Origin: Cycas panzhihuaensis
Taxonomy: Eukaryota; Plantae; Cycadophyta
Assembly (NCBI GenBank): GCA_023213395.1
Contig: CM041465.1
Span: 33,549,741-33,613,740 of the forward strand
Reading direction: 5' to 3'
DNA: 64,000 nucleotides
Shown here: positions 1 through 12,663 of the stretch, in pieces
Layout: each line of letters starts with the position of its first letter
How positions within the stretch are numbered: the first letter of the stretch is position 1
Translations under genes and position numbers: made by a program
The notes under the pieces: model-generated
Database searches by the model: none
The model's input: only the letters and a program-made list of their open reading frames with translations
Told to the model about the DNA's origin: nothing

Positions 1-1128
1 GTGCTGAAGAAGTACAAAAGATTATTAGAAAGACAGAACCAGAAAAAGAAGTTGAAGAGGAAAGTAAAAAGGGAAAATCAATTTAACTTTGGTAAGGACT
101 CATCTGATACTCATGAAGGGTTGCATGAACCCTTCCCTGGAAAGGAGTCTGATGATCTTCACTTAAAATCTGATGAAGATTTGATCTCATCATTCACCTT
201 GAGCCCCAACATAATGTCAGGAAAGCCTGCATTGGGAATTGTTGAAAGTATGGAAGTTGAAAAATCTGAAAGTGATTTCAAACGCCAGGTGGTATTTCAT
301 GGAGACATAGGTACCTTAGTGGAAAATGTGGGCAATATTACCTTAATTTGTGGTGATAGATTTGTTGTCAAGGTTCAAATGATGTCAAGACATATGGTTA
401 TTTACACATGCATGAGACTCTCTATGATCACATTCAATTCTGTTGCATTTTCAGTTCTTATTTTTAAAAGAATCCAAATTATGTTGGTATACCTTGCAAT
501 GACCTTAGAAGATTTATTCAAAGGAAGAAAGAACATAATTAGAATTTTATTTGATCAAAATCTTGTTCATCAAGATCACTGTGTGTTTTGGGTAGGCTAC
601 TTAACCATGAAATTCAATCATGTCAAAGTGATGTTTTATCTTTGTGTAGCCATAATCGGGAAATATGTGTGTGAAGTTATAATGGAAATCCTCATCATAT
701 TTGGCACAAAGAATTTCTTGGATGATTTAGAGAGAACAAAACATCTTGTTGGCTCTGGACATGTACTTGCACAGGTGGAGTTAGGAAAGGAATCTTTGTT
801 CCTCCTTTCCTTTCAAGGAAGTACTCATTGGCTCGAGGAGTTGATCGTCCTGATAGACTTAAAGACAAACAAGAAAGATTCATTTCCCTTGATAGATGTT
901 ATCTCATTTGATCCAGGAAACAAAAATCAAGGGAAACCGCATCTACAGTTGGAATATGCAAAGGAGTCACCAAACAGGAAGCAGGAGATAACAGAACATG
1001 CTCCACATACAGGTTCTACAACACTTCAATTGAAGATCAAGCTTGTAACATCATCTTCAAGAAAGTTCCAAGACTCAGCCATTGGAAATTCAAACAACTC
1101 TTCAATTCAAGTCTTATGTCCGATTTAG
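1..1128 (+). pseudogene. Internal ORF remnant of the non-autonomous element (acidic region plus novel C-terminal tail)
   Basis: 375-aa open frame, 5'-incomplete. Its C-terminus KIKLVTSSSRKFQDSAIGN resembles KTKVKILSSSQFQDQSVVN in element B (6712-7017, -). Confidence 0.55.
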
Positions 1129-1210
1129 GTTTGTCTTGTTAGTCCCTAGCACTAGGTGCCATGTTGTCCTTAGTTTTTTTGTAGTCTCAACATTAAACAT
1201 TAAGGGGAGG

Positions 1211-1616
1211 TGTTAGAATATAATGTTTAATGTATATATGTTCTATGTAAAGTGTGTCTTAGAGTCAATAGAGTTATAGTCCTAAGTATTAGGGTCTAAG
1301 GGTCATACATTGTAATAATGTTATGTGGGAAGTTAGAAGGTCATTGGTCAATAGGTTGGTGAAGTGTCATTGGTTAGGTTAGAAATCTTTGTCTCACATG
1401 TGTCACATCTCTTGTAGGGTCTCCCACCTATGTTGTATAAATAGGTGGTTGAGGTAGAGTATGTAATCAAGTCATCATGAAGACTCATGTTGAGTCTATG
1501 GTGTATTGAGTGTTTGATGTAATCTTGATTATGTTGAGTTAATACAAGTTATGCTTTGTTTATTAATCTTGTTGATTGTGGTAGGAGTTGAATGCTTCTC
1601 ATGTTAAAATCTAACA
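1211..1616 (+). repeat. 3' LTR (406 bp)
   Basis: TG...CA with 7-bp inverted termini; TATAAATA at ~1436; Gypsy gag resumes immediately after. Confidence 0.85.
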
Positions 1617-2725
1617 AATTAAACCTTAGGATGATATTAAAAAGGAGTTTGAAGAGAGATTCTAGAAATATAGGAGTAATGAGGCAATGGAATTGACTCT
1701 CAGTGAAGTAAAACAAAAGCTAGGAGAATCAATGCTAACATACATCAGTAGAATAGATATCATAACAACAAACATGACAAGGGGAGAGAAAGTTACTAAG
1801 TATAATATGAGAAATTACTCGGTTGAATTCAAAATTATTAGTTGTGATGGCAGTCCACCGTCTCAAGTCATACCAACATGCACAAGAGTTGGCACTAAAC
1901 ATTGAAAAGGAAATTGACACAAAAAGGGTAGGGCATGATCCCTTGTTACTAAAACTACAAGAGGAAATGCAAGAGCTAAGAAATCAAAACTTAAACAAAC
2001 CTTGTTTCCAAATGATGAAATCAGAAGAGACTTTAGAACTCAAGAAATTAAGGAAAGAAGTGGCTAGACTAAAGCTAGAAGGACAGAAACCCCAAGAGTA
2101 TGAGCAAGAGAAAAGATAGAGAGGGAAAGAACCCTCCATATAATAATGGTGTCACATTTGTGAAGAAGGTTCACACTCCGCTAAAGAGTGTGATCTAAAC
2201 AGGAAGGCAAAAAAATAGAACACTCGGTGTCACATATGTGATGAGGATAATCATAACACCAAGGGTTGTTATTTCAATGCAAAAGGGAAGAATTGAAGAG
2301 GCAAAGGTTGAGGTAGGGGGAATAACTTGACTAGAACCATCTATACAACCTATACAACACTAGAAACTTCCAAAAAGAAACTTCCCATGGTGAGATGTTT
2401 AGCTTGCTTAGAGCTTAGGCATTGGAAATCAAAGTGCCCAGTGGTGAAAGCATGTGAAGAATGCCCTTGCATATGCAAGTATTGTGGGTCGAGTACCCAC
2501 CCAATAGAAGATTGGAAAGGCAAAGGAAAAGTTATCAATGCGATGTCCATTGTGCCCAATTCTCCTAAAAATATGAATCTACAAAGCAAAAAGGGAAAGG
2601 CAAAAGCAAAGGAGGATTACCCTAATCCCAAAGTGGAAATTGATAGGTTTGTGGTGGCTAAGAAGGCATTGGAGGATGTTGCCTTGGAAGAAGTAGCAAA
2701 ATCATTACCAATAGGGAAACCATAA
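1617..2725 (+). pseudogene. gag: A gag: capsid C-terminal part and up to four CCHC-type zinc knuckles
   Basis: DDIKKEFEERF...QKLGESMLTYISR; knuckles CHICEEGSHSAKEC, CHICDEDNHNTKGC, CLACLELRHWKSKC, CKYCGSSTHPIEDW; stops and frameshifts. Confidence 0.85.
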
Positions 2726-3039
2726 ATCGAACAAATTTGTAGAAGAAAAAACAAGGTCAAAGGACCAAATGAGAACTCATAAGCAGAAGAATCCAGAAGC
2801 CATTAATTGAAACAATCAAAGAATTGATTGAGTCCTACATTGAAGGTGGAGGACCTGTTTAAAGGACTGCTGAAGGAAGATATCCCATGAATGCTAGTAA
2901 TAATGGAAAACCTAGCAAAACAATTATAATTAACAATCCCTTTGGATCAAGTAATTGAGTGGATCTAAAGTAGGATACTACAACCAATAGGGATATCAAA
3001 AAACCTTAATAAAATAAAATTGTCATGTGACATTGACCC

Positions 3040-3400
3040 TTCAGTCACTATCGGTGTCCTTAATGAAACATTCCATAACATGATTGTAGATTGTGGTGCA
3101 ACAGTAAACGTCCTACACACAGTTACATGGAAAAAACTAGGTAGCCCTTAGTTGACACCCACCAATTATTCCCTCAAGGTAGCAAACAAACTAGTGGTGA
3201 ATCCGATGGGACGTCTTTTAGATATCAAAGTAAACATAGTTAGAATCATAGTGCCTGTGGATTTTACTATCATAGACACTGTAAAAAACATGGTCACTTA
3301 CCCAACCTTGTCATGCAAACCATGGTTATATCAAACAAAATGCTTATAGAGATGGAAGGACGTAACAGTTACCTTGACCGATGGAGACAATGAAGTAGTA
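3040..3400 (+). pseudogene. A aspartic protease
   Basis: MIVDCGATVNVL catalytic motif (~3080); YSLKVANKLVVNPMGRL..VDFTII..YPTLSCKPWL. Confidence 0.85.
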
Positions 3401-4429
3401 TTGCCTATGTTAAACAAGGGAAAATATATAGTAGAGGTACTGTCAGATGATGTCTCTAGTACCACCATAGCCAGTGAGGAAACATCCTTGATGTTTGATG
3501 AGGTAAATCTCTATCATACTAGGGAAGATGCCAATACCACAAACAATCTAGAAGAATATGAGCCAAACTACTATGGAGAACTCCAACTAGAAAGCTCCTC
3601 AAATGAAGAAGTAATGAAGAACATGATCAATTATTAGATGAGGGAGTCCTATGAGGTGGAACCCCCCTCTTTTTGTTGTAATCTATTATCTATGTATACT
3701 TTAGTTAACAATAATCAAATAAACAATCATTTTGAGTATATTGGATCCAGTAGTAAAATAGGAAAGTTAGGAGATAATGAACCCTTAGTCAATGTATGTA
3801 TAATAAAAAACCTTAAAAATACAACACAAGTGAAATTACAAGTAGAACCCCCATCTTCTACCTTCAACCTTAAGCCTACCCTTAGCCCCCTCCCTAGCCT
3901 TGATCAGTCTGGTTCAAAAGATTTGGCCAATCTTCTTCCAAACCCTACTCGTCCCTCCACCTCAGGTCAAAATCCGTGGTGGGATCCCTCCCTATTTCCC
4001 TATCCATTCTTGAGGAAACTTGTTCCCCAACTTCCTCTCTCAAGATACATCCATTGAGTGAGGATTATATGGAAGACTATCTTGTGGGCTCGAGGCCCTA
4101 GGAGGCAACATCATGTAGAACTACCTTGATAGAACCACTTTCCTAATACCCCATACCCCCATACCCATAGTCGAAGATAGGTTAGAATCATCCTCTATAG
4201 GAAAGGTAGTAACCATGTTCTCAAGGAATAAGCTAGAAGGTACAAACCATATCATTCAATGCATGGAATGCTGGTTGAAATATAGGATCCTAGACAGATC
4301 TCAATGAGTGATAGACCTTGTCCTTACCCTTTAAGACCAAGCTTGGTGGTGGTACATAGCCCACCAAACTCTGCTTCGAGATTGGACAAGTATCTAGTCG
4401 GCATTTTTATTAAGATTCGATCCACCTCA

Positions 4430-4660
4430 AGAACTGATGATTACCCCTTCCTAGTAGGGGAATGCCCAACAAAGCACTTGAACCAATGCAAAAGAGCATG
4501 GGGAGTTCAAAGCATCCCAAAATCTAACTGGGGACACCTATTTTTTCATACCCTAGATAGGCAATCCAAAAAGTGGTTTCTCGAATAAGAACGAGTCTGA
4601 AGAGTTCCTTGGGATACTTTAAAAGAGTCATTTGTGAGATCTTTTCCCTGCTTATCTCAA
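4430..4660 (+). pseudogene. Second capsid-like (Retrotrans_gag-like) segment between protease and RT of A
   Basis: FLVGECPTKHLNQC...HLFFHTLDRQSKKWFLE*ERV*RVPWDTLKESFVRSF aligns by eye with the F capsid FDGSGDPGDHLALF...RFFSTLQGTAIAWY...SWEAVQTKFLDRF. Confidence 0.65.
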
Positions 4661-4869
4661 AACTAAACTATAAATAAAATCTTAAAATGCATAATAAAAT
4701 AAGCATTGAAGTAGAACAAACCCTCATGTTAGTTGTAAGAACTATAGAGAATAGAAACAACGAGGAGGAGGAGGAAGCTCACAATTTTCCTCTAGAATAT
4801 AAAGAACCTCAATTTGAACAAAGGAAAATAGAGAAAATCCCTACACATCAGATATTAGAAGATCATTGA

Positions 4870-6211
4870 ATTAACAATGAGGAAATTAAAACTACCAAAG
4901 TAAATTTGGGAATAGAGAAAAACCCCCAAAATATTACAATTGGAAATTATTGGGATGACAAAACCATGGTAGAAGCATAAGCACTTCTTTAGGAATTTAA
5001 AGATGTATTCACTTGGTCCCACAAAGATTTGAAATCCATTCCCCTAGAAAGAGGAATGTACCATATAGACTTGATCAAAGACGCAAAACCTGTGAAGCAG
5101 AGACCATATAGGATGAATCCTAAATACAAAGAAAAAGTGAAAGCAAAATTAGGCAAGATGCTTGAAGTTTGTTATATCTATGAGGTGGAATACAGTGATT
5201 GGGTGAGTCCTATAGTGGTGATCCCCAAGAAAAATGGGAAGATAAGGGTATGTGTTGACCGTCACCAATTGAATAAAGTTACCAAGAAGGACCCATTCCC
5301 AATTCTATTCACAAAAGACATTAAAAATGGTTGGGTGAAATGAGGTGTATTCCTTTACGGATGGTTTTAGTGGCTATAACCAAGCATTGCTCTTGAAGAT
5401 CAATGAAAGACCACATTTATCACCAAATGGGAAACATATGCATACCGTGCAATTCCATTTGGGCTAACAAATGCCCCAACCATACTCTGGAAAATAGTGA
5501 TTAACATCTTTAAGAAAATGATAGTGGCAGTATTCTTGGATGATTGGACATTGTATGGGATAATGAAAAATTATATGAAAAATCTTAGAATAATGCTACA
5601 AATATGTAGAGAAAATAAATCATATCTCAACACGAAAAAATGCACGTTTTTGGTATCATTTGGCAACTTGTTAGGTCATATTATTAGCAAAGAAGGCTTG
5701 CTAATGGACCCCACTAAAGTAGCCACGATCTTACATTATTCGTAGCCATTAATAAGGAAGCTACTTAAGGGACTTTTAGGGTTAATTGGTTATTATCAGA
5801 AATTTGTGAAGGGGTATGCACATATCTCTAGAACCCTCGAGTTTCTTTTGAAGAAAGATATGTATTGGGAATGGAGACTTGATGAACAGAAGGCATTTGA
5901 GACATTAAAATGAGTTACAGTCTCTACACCTGTACTCAAATTCTCTGATTGGAATAAATTATTTGATGTACACACTAACGCTTTACAATTCATAATTGGA
6001 TGTATATTGACACAACCCCAAGAGAACAATGTGGATCGCCCTATTTATTTCTCCAGTAGGAAGTTGACAAGATCTAAACAAAATTATACAACCACAAAGA
6101 GAGAAAGCTTGGGGATGGTCTATGCGTTACAGAAATTTTGACACTACCTATTGTCGCATCCTTTAATCTTTTACGTGGATCATGAAGCCCTAATGTACCT
6201 CATCAACAAAC
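4870..6211 (+). pseudogene. pol: A reverse transcriptase and RNase H (disrupted)
   Basis: PVKQRPYRMNP, WVSPIVVIPKKNGKIRVCVD, PFGLTNAP, VFLDDW, RNase H region FSSRKL..YTT. Confidence 0.92.
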
Positions 6212-6597
6212 TGTTGAAATATTCAAAGAGATCATTATATATTTAAGAACAATAGAACAGATATCGTGAACATAGTATGATAGCATTTACTCATAATCAT
6301 AATGTCTACACAACAATAATATCATAATGGACTCCATCTTGACTTAGATGTTCATTACACTACCTCAACCATTTATTTATAGATCAAAAGCAAGAGAGTG
6401 TAGGATGACTTGCTTTACATGTGGGACAAAATGACCTCTAACTTAACCAATGACATATCACCTACTCATTGACCAATAACCTAATGACCACTTACTTGCA
6501 CAAATGTGCATTACATTAACATTATAATATTGATTACTAGACACGACATTCACCTAAACACTTTGGACGCTAACACATTAAACATTAACTTCTAACA
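6212..6597 (-). repeat. B 3' LTR
   Basis: TGTTGAA...TCTAACA; direct repeat of 10093-10477. Confidence 0.95.
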
Positions 6598-6599
6598 CC

Positions 6600-7790
6600 T
6601 CCCCTTAATGTTTAATGTCAAGACAACAAAAACTGAATTCTAAAGACATCATGATACTAAGTACTATGAACTGACTAAAATTGACATAGGACTCCACATG
6701 AGGCATTGTTTTCAATTTACAACACTTTGATCTTGGAATTGGCTTGAAGACAATATCTTCACTTTGGTTTTCATCTTCATTCCTATAGTGTTGTCCTTGA
6801 AGTAGTCTTTTAGATTGATGGCCCTTGAACTTTCTTCATCTTCATGTGCAAGAATGAATCTTTCATCATATAGAGGGTATAATAGACCATGGTAATAGAC
6901 CATGGTTGAACCAACTTGGGCTTGGTGTAGATTTGTCAGGTGATCCTGTATATATTCGCCAAAAACATCCTCAAAGTGTATATCAGGCATGTCTTCAATC
7001 AATGTTTCAGTCACCACCTATTTACTCTTATTTTCTTTAACATATGAGTGATCAACGACTATTGAATCAACATCAAAATATGAGGATAAGGCATCAAGAG
7101 ATGAATCAACATCATTTGAAATATGGGCATCAACATTCTATATGTGTTCCTCCTCTTGATTAGTATACCCGCAAATAATTCCTTCAACTTTTGGCGAAAA
7201 ATCTTCATCAACTTGTGAGCAATTGGGATTAGAACCAATAATTGAATCAGGAATTGACTCAACAACATCTTCAAAAGAACAAATAGATTTGATTTCATCC
7301 TCTCCGGAAGCAATAGATTCATCTAGAGGAATTTTTATTGCTTGATCACCACTATTAGCAATCAAATCTTCAATCTCATCATTCTTAGATTCAACAACAC
7401 ATTCATGGTGGTTTCTCCACATTTATTAGTTTCTTCACATACCTTTTCATCTGAATCATTTTCTTTACCTATGTTTCAACTGTCGATAGTTTTGTTTGTC
7501 CTTTCAAGAGCGTCTTGCACCTCTTGAGGGATCTTTTCATATGCATCCTTCAACAGATTCCATGCTTTGTTATCAGTGTCATAATCATGAATTACATGAA
7601 TAAGAAACTGATATGAAGAAAAAGGAATTTATTTATCAAACACTACAATCATAACTTCAATAGCTATTCTGTTCTTTTTCCTAAAATTTCCCTCCCCTTC
7701 TTCATCAATCAATGTAGTACCATCAAAAACAACTTTCCATAACCCTTTACATCTGAATATACATTCCATTTTGATTGCCCAAAAAACAAA
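6600..7790 (-). pseudogene. B ORF: Copia Gag N-terminus fused to an acidic, non-pol tail
   Basis: FWAIKMECIFRCKGLWKVVFDG...AWNLLKDAYE (~7540-7790), then ORF pieces 7138-7422 and 6712-7017 running toward the PPT. Confidence 0.7.
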
Positions 7791-10092
7791 AATTTATTCT
7801 CGTGTACTTAGGTAAGGGAAAAGGCTCATTTGTCAACCAATATTCATTCCTTTTAGGCATAAAAATAATGATGTCACTCAACTCCATGATGTATGAATGT
7901 GTTGATTAGAAAAACATTACCCAAGAGTTATGTATCCACTTCAAACTAACAAAAGTCCAACAAATTAGTAGCAAATACCTTCATATCATATGCCGAAATG
8001 ACCACCTTTGAAATATGATTCCCAACCGGATACTTGGACGCAAAGATATAAAGCAGAACGTGCTAGAACCCCTTTTGAAGAACAATTTCAAGTTAATAGG
8101 AGATTAACCCCTTTAATAAATTAGTAGCTGGTCATATTAAGACTCCATGTGATCACGGGCTTAACGACAAGGGAGCTGGTGGATTTCAAACTGGATTCCA
8201 ATCCAATTTAATTTAGTTTCGACTTTGCAAAAATAATTAAATCCCCCATAGCCGATTTGAAGTCCACGGATTCCAAACTGAGTTTTAATTTAATTAAATT
8301 GATATCATAACTTCAAAAAAATAATAACCCTAGAGTACCTTTTTGTCTACAACTTTGATCGATCGACCATTAGAATTTGACAATCTTCGTCTATCTACAA
8401 CTTTGACCTCTAGAATTCGATGGCTATTTGGGCAAGAATTCAAATGAATGGCTAACAATAATGGTGTAATGGTTGTATGCCAGGCGCAGGCAATTGAAGA
8501 TTGATGCTCGCAAGTTGCACAGACTTCGCTTGAGGTCTTAGCATAGGGCGAACCACATACAACGATAGCAGAGCGACACACAATTATGGAAAAGCAACCC
8601 AACAGAGGGTATAAAAAGGCAACTGACGTAGATGTCGCTCAGGAACTTTGGCGTTGATGAGATAAATATGGCATTCAGGTGAGAAGAAGGTAGGCGTTCA
8701 CAGACCATGCAAATGGCACACAACTCACACATAGAGGTACCAAACTTAATCAGATAAATGGTGGACAGTACAGGGTTCCACAAGTGACTGTTGACAATCA
8801 TAGTTTAGGATTTCAACCATCAATGAATTGGTAAAAACAACTTTGAATGACTTCTAGTGTTGATTATGTGGCAGATAGTGAAAATCCTTGGATGAAGTTT
8901 GCAAATAGACAAACTAAAACGGAAGAAGCATGCTGAAACAAACTCTTAAAATTACATAAGAATTTCATCAATAGCAACTATCTTTTGGAATCTCCTATTG
9001 CCTCCTCCCCATTTGAGGGGCTTCATGGTCTCAGGATCATCCTGACCGAAATGACCATAAGCAACTAGGGTTTATGGCAAATGGGTATTAGCCTTTTTTT
9101 TGTTAGATGTAGATCTTTGTGCAGGGTTCAGGTGCTGGCAACTGTGCTCTGATGAAGGATCCTCACCAAACCCTCGATGAGGTAAAAGCTCCTGCACTCA
9201 GTGAATTTTGTTTGTTATTTTATTTCATGTTCTCCTATGCTGGAAGGTGATTTTGGATAGCTCAAATTTCCACACAGGTGCACCATCCTTCCAAGTACAA
9301 CTCCTCACAGAAACGGGTGGGTGGCATGTCAAACAGTAACTCAATTCTCTTCCAAAATTTTAAGTGAACTATAATGGACAAATTTCCTCTCTTTACTCAT
9401 GGCAGAATTTCAAATTTTCTTCTTTTGCAGATCTCTCCTCATACTTTGAATAGACTTGCAATTTTCTCTAAAGGCTAACCTAGCAATTGATGCTGGATCA
9501 AACTTGCCATATGCTTTATGTGGGTTTTGAAAATCCTCTTCTTTAACTGTTAACCATACTATTCTTTATCTATGGTAGGGAAGCTATACAACATTGCCTT
9601 TCGACTATAGCCAGGGTTTTACCATAAACTCTATACATGTAGGGTTTATTTATGGCATAATTTTTTAGAGAGAGAATTTTTATATAAGCTTGATAATAGC
9701 CTTCAATTTTATTAGTCAAATCCTTAATACTTTCCAATACAAACCCTAATAGGTACAAAACCTTCACTTTCACTGTACAAACATAATTCAATGGCCAACA
9801 AATTTAAAATCATTCATATGTCAACAATTTTTTTGGCTTCACAAATTCACATCAACAAATTTGTTTATAGGGCAAACCCTAACACAAAAAATGAACAATA
9901 TTACCTAGTAATAAATCTTCAATCATGGTCATTGACTTGGCACAATTTTCAACAACGACAGCCTCAGAGTTTCACCCTCTACAAGTAGAACCACAAACTG
10001 GCAAACGACTCTATGGAGCCACCTCCACGCTCATCAATAAAATGGTGACCCTGCAAAACGATGAGCTTGACAAGCAACCCGCTCTGATACCA

Positions 10093-10477
10093 TGTTGAAA
10101 TATTCAAAGAGATCATTCAATATTCAAGAGCAATAGAACAAATATCATGAACATAGTATGATAGCATTAACTCATAATCATAATGTCTACACAACAATAA
10201 TATCATAATGGACTCTATCTTGACTCAGATGTTCACTACACTACCTAAACCACTTATTTATAGATCATAAGTGAGAGAGCGTAGGATGACTCGCTTTACA
10301 TGTGGGACAAATGACCTCTAACTCAACCATTGACATATCACCTACTCATTGACCAATAACCTAATGACCACTTACTTGCACAAAGGTGCATTACATTAAC
10401 ATTATAATATTGACTCCTAGACATGACGTTCACCTAAACACTTTGGATACTTACACGTTAAACATTAACTTCTAACA
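10093..10477 (-). repeat. B 5' LTR
   Basis: Adjacent to the PBS; matches 6212-6597. Confidence 0.95.
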
Positions 10478-11923
10478 TAAACCATTACTAAAAGGGCATA
10501 TCAGTCAATGGCTAATGCTCTTCTAAGAATTTACTTTCAAATTTGTGGTGAAACCATGGATGGCATGTATTTTCCCTAACCAACTATCAAGAATCGAAAA
10601 TGGAGAAAAGGTTGTTGAAGTAAAGGATTATTTTCCTGACGTAGCATTGTTTAGTGTAGAAATCGTTCCAATGAGATGGTATGAGGATGTCTTGGAATTT
10701 TTAGCAACTGGTAAATTTTCAACATACATGGATAAAACACAAAGGTGAAATTTAGTTTGGAAGGTAGAACCTTATTAACTCATCTATAGAGAATTGTATT
10801 GCCCTGGGCCAAATGATGTATTATGCCACTGCATTCAACCTTATGAGATCCACCAATTGATTGCTCAAGCTCATGAGGGAATATCAGAAGGCCATATAGG
10901 GATTTAAAACACAGGGAGGAAAGTTCTAACTACTAGTTTTTGGTGGCCTACGCTTTTCAAGGATCTCAAATGATGGATAAGGAAATGTGACCAATGTTAA
11001 AGAACAAGCAAATCACGATGTCAAGATTTCAATTTTCTCAACCCAATGCTACCATTAGCACTATTTGAGAAATGGGGTTTGGATTTTGTAGGACGCATTA
11101 AACCAATAGCATGTTGATACCAAGTAAGATTTATTTTAGTGGCAACTAATTATACAATGAAATGGGTAGAAGCACGACCACTTCATAAAGTGTATTCAAC
11201 TAGTACTGAAGGTTCTTGTATGAGGTGATTATCACGATATTTGGTTGCCCTGTCGAGTTAGTGAGATCAAGGATCACATTTTTTAAACAAAGTTGTGAAG
11301 GAATTGACAAACACCTTTATGATTAACCATCATAAATCAATACCATACTATCCATGAGCAAATGGACAGGCGGAGAGTTCCAACAAAAATCTTGAGAACT
11401 ACCTAAGAAAAATTTGTGGTATTGGAAGATCTGATTGGGCAAAGATATTGCCTTCAGTGTTGTGGGCATTCCACATCATGTATAAATGAGTGATAGGTCA
11501 GACACCATTCAAATTGGTATATGGAGTTGAAGCCATCATTCTAGTTGAATTCTAGATTTCGAGTTGGAGGGTAGCACTCTCTTGTCAATTAGATGATACT
11601 GAATCACTTTATGCAAGTTGTGGCAATTGATACAACTAGAGGAAAATCCACAGAAAGTAGAATGCTTACAAGAAATAGAGAAGATTAAACAAAAGGCATG
11701 GCATGATTTCCACCTAAAAACACCTTAATTCAATGAAGGAGATCAAGTGCTACTCTAAGATAGCAAATTCCAAACCCATCTAGGCAAATTAAAGATGAGG
11801 TGGTTAGGTCCATATGAGGTGGACAAGATCTTTGAGAATGGTTCTATCCAGTTAAGTGAAATTGACAGATTATAGCTTTCGACATTGGTGAATGGCAGCA
11901 AATTGAAACCCTACCATCATTAG
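10478..11923 (+). pseudogene. pol: A RNase H end and integrase
   Basis: AHEGISEGH..FWWPTLFKD..CDQC zinc finger; FEKWGLDFVG; ANGQAESSNK; RWLGPY; ends VNGSKLKPYHH*. Confidence 0.92.
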
Positions 11924-12663
11924 GGTATCATTCTAGCTGGAATCAACTAGATGTACCATAGTATGTTGCTTGAAATTACAAACAATCAATGTACTGAGGA
12001 TGCGATTCTACCCTGATACATAAAAGCAAAAGTACAAAAAAGTGAAAAACGGAAAAAACAATTGTAACCCAAAATATCAAAATATCATACATTTAAGCAA
12101 GATCATGGACAAAAGCATATGGCAAAATATTAGAAGAAAACAAAAAGAATGGTGAATAAAGAAATACTAGAAAAAAAATATATTAGTGGAAAAAGAAAAT
12201 TAGTGAAAAGAAGTAAAAAATAACAATTTTTAAGTCACCATTCCCTGGAAATACGCTATGCATTCCAAAAATGGAACTAGAATGGGAATGCATGAGTTAT
12301 AAGATTGCATTGTGAACTTTTTCACTATGCATTCCTACTCAAATCTCGACGAAGGAACATACGTAAGGAAGCATGGGATTTAAATTGAATAGTGCCTTAT
12401 TTTTATCATCCAAAGAAGGAAGAACCCTTACAGGCCTGAAATCAAAGCTAGAGAGAGCAATTTTCAACAAATTGAAGCCCACAATAGTGTGCATTCTCAA
12501 TAGTGGATGCACAGAATGTTTATAGTAGTTCACAAGCTACAGTGCATCCGATCAAAGGGATGAATCCAAGTTTGGGTTTGCTATTGCTAAAATCTTGCAT
12601 TTCATTTTGTTCTTATTGCATTCCATTTGTTATTCCATCCACTAGTACAACCACAAGGCTAGG

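Larger units (their letters stand above)
1..1616 (+). mobile_element. 3' part of a non-autonomous Copia-derived LTR element (same family as element B), inserted in the gag of Gypsy A
   Basis: PPT TAAGGGGAGG (1201-1210) is followed by an LTR with TGTTAGA...TCTAACA termini. The PPT/LTR junction ACATTAAACATTAAGGGGAGGTGTTAGAA is the same as the reverse complement of the junction around 6590-6618. No RT or integrase motifs before the PPT. Confidence 0.85.
6212..10477 (-). mobile_element. Element B: complete non-autonomous Copia-derived LTR element (4266 bp)
   Basis: Paired LTRs 6212-6597 and 10093-10477 (~93% identical by eye). TSD CAAAC/TAAAC. PBS TGGTATCAGAGC (10081-10092, tRNA-iMet). PPT at 6598-6607. 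No pol motifs. Confidence 0.93.
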
